Shown here: piece after piece, positions 58,582 through 64,000 of the stretch
How positions within the stretch are numbered: position 1 is the first letter of the stretch
Layout of the letters: every line of letters starts with the position of its first letter
Assembly (NCBI GenBank): GCA_947628275.1
Contig: CANQZD010000001.1
Coordinates: 16,401 to 80,400, forward strand
DNA from: an uncultured Bacilli bacterium
GTDB lineage: Bacteria > Bacillota_I > Bacilli_A > RF39 > UBA660
Direction: 5' to 3'
Length of the DNA: 64,000 nucleotides
The notes under the pieces: generated by a model
Seen by the model: the letters and a program-made list of their open reading frames with translations, nothing else
Database searches by the model: none
Told to the model about the DNA's origin: nothing
Made by a program: the position numbers and the translations under genes

Positions 58582-60999
58582 ATGTTAGATAAGAAATATG
58601 ATGCAAAAGAAAAAGAAGATAAATGGTTAAATTATTGGCAAGAAAATGAGATTTATAAGTTTAAACCAGATGAACGTGAAGTTTTTTCAATTGATACGCC
58701 TCCACCAACTGTAAATGGTAAGATTCATATTGGTCATATTTTTTCATATTCTCAAACGGAAATGATTGCGCGTTATAAAAGACTTAGAGGTTATAATATT
58801 TTTTATCCTTTTGGTTTTGATGATAATGGGCTACCTAGTGAAAGATTAGTTGAAAAAGAACAAGGTAAAAAAGCTCATGAAATAGGAAGAGAAGAATTTT
58901 CGAAACTTTGTTATGAAACAACTGATAAATATGAAGAAGAATTTCAAAAGTTATTTAGTAAAATGGGTGTAAGTACTGATTGGAGTATTCATTATAAAAC
59001 GGTTAGTCCTTCAACAATTAAAATAAGTCAAACTTCATTTTTAGATTTAGCTAGTAAAGGTCATTGTTATCATAAAGAAAGTCCAGCTTTATGGTGTAAT
59101 GAATGTTTAACTTCAATTGCTCAAGCTGAATTAGAAACTAAAACTATTAAAACAACTTTTAATTATATTAAATTTAAAACAGTTGAAGATAATGAAGAAT
59201 TTATTATTGCAACTACTAGACCCGAATTGTTACCAGCTATTGTATGTGTTTTTGTAAATCCTAGTGATGAGGTTCATAAATCTTTAATAGGTAAGACGGC
59301 TCATATTCCTATAATTGATGTTGATGTACCAATTTTGGCTGATGAAAAAGTTGATGCTGATAAAGGTACAGGAGTAGTTATGTGTTGTACTTTTGGTGAT
59401 CAAACTGATATTTATTGGTGGAAAAAATATAATTTGCCTTTAAAATATATTTTTACAGATAATGGTCGAATTATTGATTCAGTAAAAAATTATGGGGGAT
59501 TAAAAATTAAAGAAGCAAGAAAGCAAATTATTGAGGATTTAGATAAGGCTGGATTTGTAGTTAAGATAGAAGAATTAGAACATGAGGTTCAGACTCATGA
59601 AAGATGTGGTAAAGAAGTAGAATATGCTGTAATGAAACAATGGTTTATTGATATTATGAATCATAAAGATGACTTCTTAAAAATTGGTAATGAGATTAAA
59701 TGGTATCCAGAACATATGCATAATAGATATGATGAATGGGTAAATAATATTGCTTGGGATTGGTGTATATCAAGACAAAGATATTTTGGAGTACCGTTTC
59801 CTGTATGGTATTGTAAAAAATGTGGAGAACCAATATTTGCAAGAAAAGAAGATTTACCAGTTAATCCGATAGTAGATAAACCTAGTATAGAAAAATGTCC
59901 TAAATGTCAAAGTAGAGAATTTATTTCTGAAACTGATGTTATGGATACTTGGGCTACTTCTTCAGTGACACCTTTAATTAATATGCGTTATGGTGAAGAA
60001 AATAATTATGAAAAATTTCTAAAACCAATGAGTATTAGAACTAATGCTTCAGAAATTATTAGAACTTGGGATTTTTATACAATTGTTAAAAGCTTTTATC
60101 ATTTTGGTACTCGTCCTTGGAATAATGTAATGATTTCAGGTTTTGTTATGGCAGATAAAGGCGAAAAAATTAGTAAATCAAAAGGTAATAGTAAAGTTGA
60201 ACCTATTGAGTTAATTAGTCAATACTCAGCTGATGTTATTAGATATTGGGCAGGTTCAGGAAGACTTGGTACTGATATTGTATTTAGTGAAGAAACGCTT
60301 TTAAGAGGAAAGAAATTAATTAATAAGATATGGAATGTATCTAAGTTTATTGAAATGCATTTACAAGATTATGAAGATAAGGAATTTAAAGATTTTGAAT
60401 ATGTCGATAAATGGATATTAGGAACTTTCCAAGAAATGGAAAAGGGCTTTATAAAATATTTAGATGAATATGAAGTAGGACTTGCTTTAAATCATTTAGA
60501 AAAGTTCTTTTGGAATTTCTGTGATAATTATATTGAAATTGTTAAGCATCGTTTATATCGTCCAGAAGAATTTGGAGAAATACCAAGGTATTCAGGACAA
60601 AAAACAGTATATATAATTTTATATAAATTATTACAAGATTTTAGTATATTCTTTCCATTTATTACTGAAGAAATATATCAAGAATTATATCATGATGCTA
60701 AATCAATTCATTTAACAGAAATTAAGTCACTTACATATGATTTTACTAAGGAAGTTAAAAATGGAAATGATATGGTTTTAATTATTAGTGAAGCACGAGG
60801 AGAAAAATCTAATAATAATGTTTCATTAAAAACTCCAATTAAAAATTTAAATTTAAGTTTAAATAAAGAATTAAAAGAAGCTATAGAATTATCTAAGAAA
60901 GACTTTAAAGCAACTTTATTTATTGAAAATTTAAATATTAAAGATGTTAAAGAAGGATATTCAATTGATAATATTGAGCTAAATTTAGAGGCTGATTAA
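58582..60999 (+). CDS. valS: Class Ia aminoacyl-tRNA synthetase, most consistent with valyl-tRNA synthetase (compact, 805 aa)
   Basis: The HIGH motif 'PPPTVNGKIHIGH', the KMSKS motif 'KISKSKGN', 'DWCISRQRYFG' and the N-terminal 'YDAKEKEDKWLNYWQE' are ValRS-like. A 'GAAGGGAAG' RBS precedes ATG 58582. Confidence 0.6.
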   Translation: MLDKKYDAKEKEDKWLNYWQENEIYKFKPDEREVFSIDTPPPTVNGKIHIGHIFSYSQTEMIARYKRLRGYNIFYPFGFDDNGLPSERLVEKEQGKKAHEIGREEFSKLCYETTDKYEEEFQKLFSKMGVSTDWSIHYKTVSPSTIKISQTSFLDLASKGHCYHKESPALWCNECLTSIAQAELETKTIKTTFNYIKFKTVEDNEEFIIATTRPELLPAIVCVFVNPSDEVHKSLIGKTAHIPIIDVDVPILADEKVDADKGTGVVMCCTFGDQTDIYWWKKYNLPLKYIFTDNGRIIDSVKNYGGLKIKEARKQIIEDLDKAGFVVKIEELEHEVQTHERCGKEVEYAVMKQWFIDIMNHKDDFLKIGNEIKWYPEHMHNRYDEWVNNIAWDWCISRQRYFGVPFPVWYCKKCGEPIFARKEDLPVNPIVDKPSIEKCPKCQSREFISETDVMDTWATSSVTPLINMRYGEENNYEKFLKPMSIRTNASEIIRTWDFYTIVKSFYHFGTRPWNNVMISGFVMADKGEKISKSKGNSKVEPIELISQYSADVIRYWAGSGRLGTDIVFSEETLLRGKKLINKIWNVSKFIEMHLQDYEDKEFKDFEYVDKWILGTFQEMEKGFIKYLDEYEVGLALNHLEKFFWNFCDNYIEIVKHRLYRPEEFGEIPRYSGQKTVYIILYKLLQDFSIFFPFITEEIYQELYHDAKSIHLTEIKSLTYDFTKEVKNGNDMVLIISEARGEKSNNNVSLKTPIKNLNLSLNKELKEAIELSKKDFKATLFIENLNIKDVKEGYSIDNIELNLEAD

Positions 61000-61507
61000 G
61001 AAGATGGTAATTAATCTTCTTTTTCTTTTCTTCAAGTTTATTAAAAGATTCTTGTAACAATTTAATATCTTCATCATGTTTTATAACTAAATCGTTAATA
61101 TATTTTTGTCCAATCAATTCATTAGAAATATATTTACGCATTATTACAAAAGCATCCATGATAGCAATACTAACTTGGGTTGCAACATCAGATTTTAAAA
61201 TAGTGGCAAGCATGGCTACACCTTGTTCTGTAAATACACGAGGATTTTTATATTTACCTCCACGAGTTTCAATATATTTATTTTTTTGGTCGAAAATTTC
61301 GTCCAAAAAAACTTTACTTTCTTCATCCGTTAATTTAAAACTAAATCTTTCTGGGAATTTTTGTGGATTATTTTTAACTGCTTCATTAACTCTTTTAGTC
61401 TCTACTCTATAAAGTTTTGCTAAATCAGAGTCTAGCATGACTTGCTTTCCTCTTATTTCATAAATCATATTTTCGATTTTTACTTCATTAGTTAATGTCG
61501 TATTCAT
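60947..61507 (-). CDS. ORF6N-domain protein (phage antirepressor/KilA-N-related DNA-binding domain)
   Basis: 'IENMIYEIRGKQVMLDSDLAKLYRVETKRVNEAVKNN' matches the ORF6N consensus. The 3' end overlaps the convergent synthetase gene by 53 nt. Confidence 0.5.
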   Translation of the reverse strand: MNTTLTNEVKIENMIYEIRGKQVMLDSDLAKLYRVETKRVNEAVKNNPQKFPERFSFKLTDEESKVFLDEIFDQKNKYIETRGGKYKNPRVFTEQGVAMLATILKSDVATQVSIAIMDAFVIMRKYISNELIGQKYINDLVIKHDEDIKLLQESFNKLEEKKKKINYHLLNQPLNLAQYYQLNILL

Positions 61508-61575
61508 ATAAAATTCCCCCTTACTATATTGACCTTAAGCAAAATATAAATATAAGTTTGCAAATCAATAATGGT

Positions 61576-62661
61576 TTAATTATTTTTAGAAATATTTAAA
61601 ATAATGCCAATAGATATCATTGTTACTAGTAGACTACTTCCTCCATAACTGAAAAAAGGAAGAGTGACTCCGGTTACAGGAATAAGACCAATAACAACAC
61701 TTAAATTTAATATTGCTTGGATTATAATGCCTATTCCTAAGCCAAATGCTAAAAATTTGCCAAATAAATCATTAGTTTTTAAAGCAATTTTAAGGGTTCG
61801 ATAAAAAATAAAGCCAAAGAAACTAGTAACAATTAGTACGCCTAGAAAGCCAAATTCTTCAGAAATAATTGAAAAAATAAAGTCGGTTTGTGGTTCCGGA
61901 AGATAAAAATGTTTTTGGTGAGAATTTAAAAAGCCTTGTCCAAGTAATCCGCCAGGACCAATGGCATATAAAGATTGAATAATTTGAAATCCGCTTCCTA
62001 AAGGATCTGACCAAGGATTTAAAAATGAAACAATTCGAGCCATTCTATAAGGAGCTATTATAATTAAGGCAACTATTCCTAATAAACCAATTAACCCAAT
62101 TTTTAAGAAAAAAGATATTTTAACACCACTGATGAATATTAAAGAAACTAGGGTTAAAATAATAACCATTGCTGTTCCAAAATCTGGTTCAAGCATGATT
62201 AATAAAAAGAATAAACCTATTATAAAAAGAATTGGTAATACACCTTTTTTAATATATTTTAAATATTTTTGATTATTACTTAAGTATTTTGAAGTATAAA
62301 TAATTAATCCGATTTTGGCAAATTCACTAGGTTGAATACCTAAACCGCCAAGTCCAAACCAACTTCTAGAACCATTTCTAATAGTACCTATCCCGGGAAT
62401 TAAGACTAAAGCTAATAATAGAAAACATATTCCTAAGATGAGATTAGCTTTTTTTTGAAAAAAATGATAGTCAATTTGACTAAGTATGAGCATTAAAAAA
62501 AGGCCAATTAAAAAAAAGAAGCTTTGACTTTTAACAAATTTAAACGCATCATGAAATTTATATTCTGCCCAGATACTACTTGCAGAATATATCATAACAA
62601 TGCCAAAGATAGCAATAATTACAACAGTTATTAAAAGAATTTTATCAATTTTTTTCTTCAT
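61576..62661 (-). CDS. SEDS-family protein (FtsW/RodA/SpoVE), second paralog, divergent from murG
   Basis: 'MIYSASSIWAEY', 'PQTDFIFSIISEEFG' and 'PVTGVTLPFFSYGGSS'. Confidence 0.8.
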   Translation of the reverse strand: MKKKIDKILLITVVIIAIFGIVMIYSASSIWAEYKFHDAFKFVKSQSFFFLIGLFLMLILSQIDYHFFQKKANLILGICFLLLALVLIPGIGTIRNGSRSWFGLGGLGIQPSEFAKIGLIIYTSKYLSNNQKYLKYIKKGVLPILFIIGLFFLLIMLEPDFGTAMVIILTLVSLIFISGVKISFFLKIGLIGLLGIVALIIIAPYRMARIVSFLNPWSDPLGSGFQIIQSLYAIGPGGLLGQGFLNSHQKHFYLPEPQTDFIFSIISEEFGFLGVLIVTSFFGFIFYRTLKIALKTNDLFGKFLAFGLGIGIIIQAILNLSVVIGLIPVTGVTLPFFSYGGSSLLVTMISIGIILNISKNN

Positions 62662-62781
62662 ATAATCAACTCTAGTTAAATTATATGTTTTTTTAATAAA
62701 ACTATTTATTTGTCAAATATGCTTTTTTTTCGTCTAAGTTTCATAATATTTTGATATAATTAGTAATAAGAGGGTGGACGT

Positions 62782-63867
62782 ATGAAAATTATCGTTACGG
62801 CTGGAGGAACAATGGGTCATATTAATCCGGCTTTAGCAATTATTGATGAATTTAAAAAGATGGAAAAAAATTTGGAAGTAATCTATGTAGGAACTCATAA
62901 TCGAATGGAAAAAAATTTAATTCCTAAATTAGGTATAGATTATGTTCCTTTGACAATTTATGGTTTTACTAAAAATATTTTTTTAGATATTAAAAATATT
63001 TTTTGTATTAAAGCTGCTTTAAAAAAATGTCGAAAATTAATGCTTGATTTTAAACCAGATGTAGTTATTGGAGTTGGTGGCTATGTAACTTATCCGGTAA
63101 TAAAAGCCGCAAAAGAAATGAATATTAAAACGTTTATTCATGAACAAAATAGTATTCCAGGTAAAAGTAATAAAATGATAGCTAAGTATGCTGATTTAAT
63201 TGGAATAACTTTTGTTAAAAGTAAAGATTATTTTGAAACAAATGGTAAAATTATTTATACTGGACATCCATGTGGAGCAAAAGCAATAAGTATTCCGAAA
63301 AAAAATAAAAAAGATTTAGGCTTAACTAATGGTAAGAAATTAGTTACTTTTGTAGCGGGTTCCTTAGGAAGTGACTCACTTAATCATAAAGTAAAAAATT
63401 ATTTATTAAGTATTGCTGATAAGGATTATGAAGTATGTTATATAACTGGAAAAATGCATTATGAAAATTTTATTAAAAATACTAATTTTCCTAAAAATGT
63501 TAAAGTTGTTCCTTTTGTAGAAGAATTACCAGGTTTATTAAAGATATCGGATATTGTGGTATCAAGAGCTGGAGCGGGAAGTTTATCAGAAATATTGGCT
63601 TTGGAAGTTCCATCAATTATTATTCCAAGTCCTAATGTGGCAAATAATCATCAATATTATAATGCTAAGGAATACTTTCAAAAAGGCTATGTTTTGATGT
63701 TAGAAGAAAAAGATATTACTTCTAAAAAATTAGAAGAAAGTATTGAAGATTTACTAGAAGATACAAGAAAAAGAGTTCATATGAAAACATTAATGCAAGA
63801 AGAAGCTACTTGTAATAGTGCAAAGATAATATATCAGGAAATTAAGAAATTAATTGAAAATAAATAA
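62782..63867 (+). CDS. murG: Undecaprenyldiphospho-muramoylpentapeptide beta-N-acetylglucosaminyltransferase MurG
   Basis: 'TAGGTMGHINPALAI' is the G-loop, with 'GGYVTYP' and the C-terminal 'SRAGAGSLSEILALEVPSIIIP'. Confidence 0.85.
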   Translation: MKIIVTAGGTMGHINPALAIIDEFKKMEKNLEVIYVGTHNRMEKNLIPKLGIDYVPLTIYGFTKNIFLDIKNIFCIKAALKKCRKLMLDFKPDVVIGVGGYVTYPVIKAAKEMNIKTFIHEQNSIPGKSNKMIAKYADLIGITFVKSKDYFETNGKIIYTGHPCGAKAISIPKKNKKDLGLTNGKKLVTFVAGSLGSDSLNHKVKNYLLSIADKDYEVCYITGKMHYENFIKNTNFPKNVKVVPFVEELPGLLKISDIVVSRAGAGSLSEILALEVPSIIIPSPNVANNHQYYNAKEYFQKGYVLMLEEKDITSKKLEESIEDLLEDTRKRVHMKTLMQEEATCNSAKIIYQEIKKLIENK

Positions 63868-63922
63868 AGGAGTTTTCGTAATTCTTTTTTTTTGGTATAA
63901 TTGACTAAAGTTGGTGATGAAA

Positions 63923-64000
63923 ATGAAAGAACAAAATAAAAATTGGTTTAAAGAATTATTGCCTTATATTGTTATTTTAATTGCAGTTATTTTAGTGCGT
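63923..64000 (+). CDS. 5' end of a gene truncated at the window edge, possibly signal peptidase I
   Basis: 'MKEQNKNWFKELLPYIVILIAVILVR' resembles the SipS-type N-terminal anchor. Only a partial sequence is available. Confidence 0.25.
   Translation, partial: MKEQNKNWFKELLPYIVILIAVILVR

Noticed and set aside
1136-61412. Remaining short antisense and overlapping track ORFs (1136..1393-, 1870..2055-, 14004..14213-, 21597..21794-, 21765..21959+, 30103..30309-, 30787..30996+, 34293..34559-, 35273..35494-, 36161..36397-, 47735..47968-, 48350..48598-, 48387..48659+, 55807..56004+, 56352..56555-, 61158..61412+)
   Set aside because: Each is embedded in or antisense to a well-supported longer gene, lacks an RBS and has low-complexity composition typical of AT-rich shadow frames.
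1-64000. CRISPR arrays, IS elements, integrases, tRNA or rRNA genes
   Set aside because: No spaced identical repeats, transposase or integrase motifs, or tRNA-like cloverleaf candidates were seen in the intergenic regions. The only structured RNA found is rnpB, besides the two T-box leaders.

Overview
This window is an AT-rich chromosomal segment from a low-GC, endospore-forming Firmicute, read in the standard code. It is densely packed with about 65 genes and has almost no non-coding space.

Gene order repeatedly matches Bacillus-type synteny:
- recU-ponA
- gpsB-rnpB-rodZ-pgsA-recA
- infC-rpmI-rplT
- rnc-smc
- rpsB-tsf
- ylbJ/ylbL-like genes followed by sigG

Sporulation and germination genes are present: a gerAA-gerAC-gerAB operon, sigG, YlbJ/YlbL-like genes, a YjcZ-like Gly/Tyr-rich protein, two SEDS (FtsW/RodA/SpoVE) paralogs with murG, and a collagen-like GPTGP-repeat protein.

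RNA and regulatory elements I can support directly from the sequence:
- an unannotated type-B RNase P RNA (rnpB) at about 24.5 kb, which the ORF track covers with two spurious ORFs
- two T-box leaders, upstream of alaS and of a Val/Ile-family tRNA synthetase; the track's synthetase start codon lies inside the T-box terminator
- a Cheo/LexA-like box with a sigma-A promoter upstream of recA
- a perfect 9-bp inverted-repeat operator on the promoter of a GntR-GT2 synthase operon
- several rho-independent terminators

Unusual features:
- a T-box-controlled operon encoding a P-loop kinase-like protein plus a compact 581-aa AlaRS that lacks the C-Ala domain
- dnaE and polC arranged in tandem, 40 bp apart
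- ribosomal protein L20 fused to a Rho_N/SAP-like C-terminal domain
- an 805-aa membrane protein carrying about 8.5 copies of a 30-bp tandem repeat (ETEAETENIV)
- a LemA-DUF2207-large exported protein cluster
- an ORF6N-domain gene that overlaps the 3' end of the synthetase gene convergently

No CRISPR array, transposase or integrase was seen.
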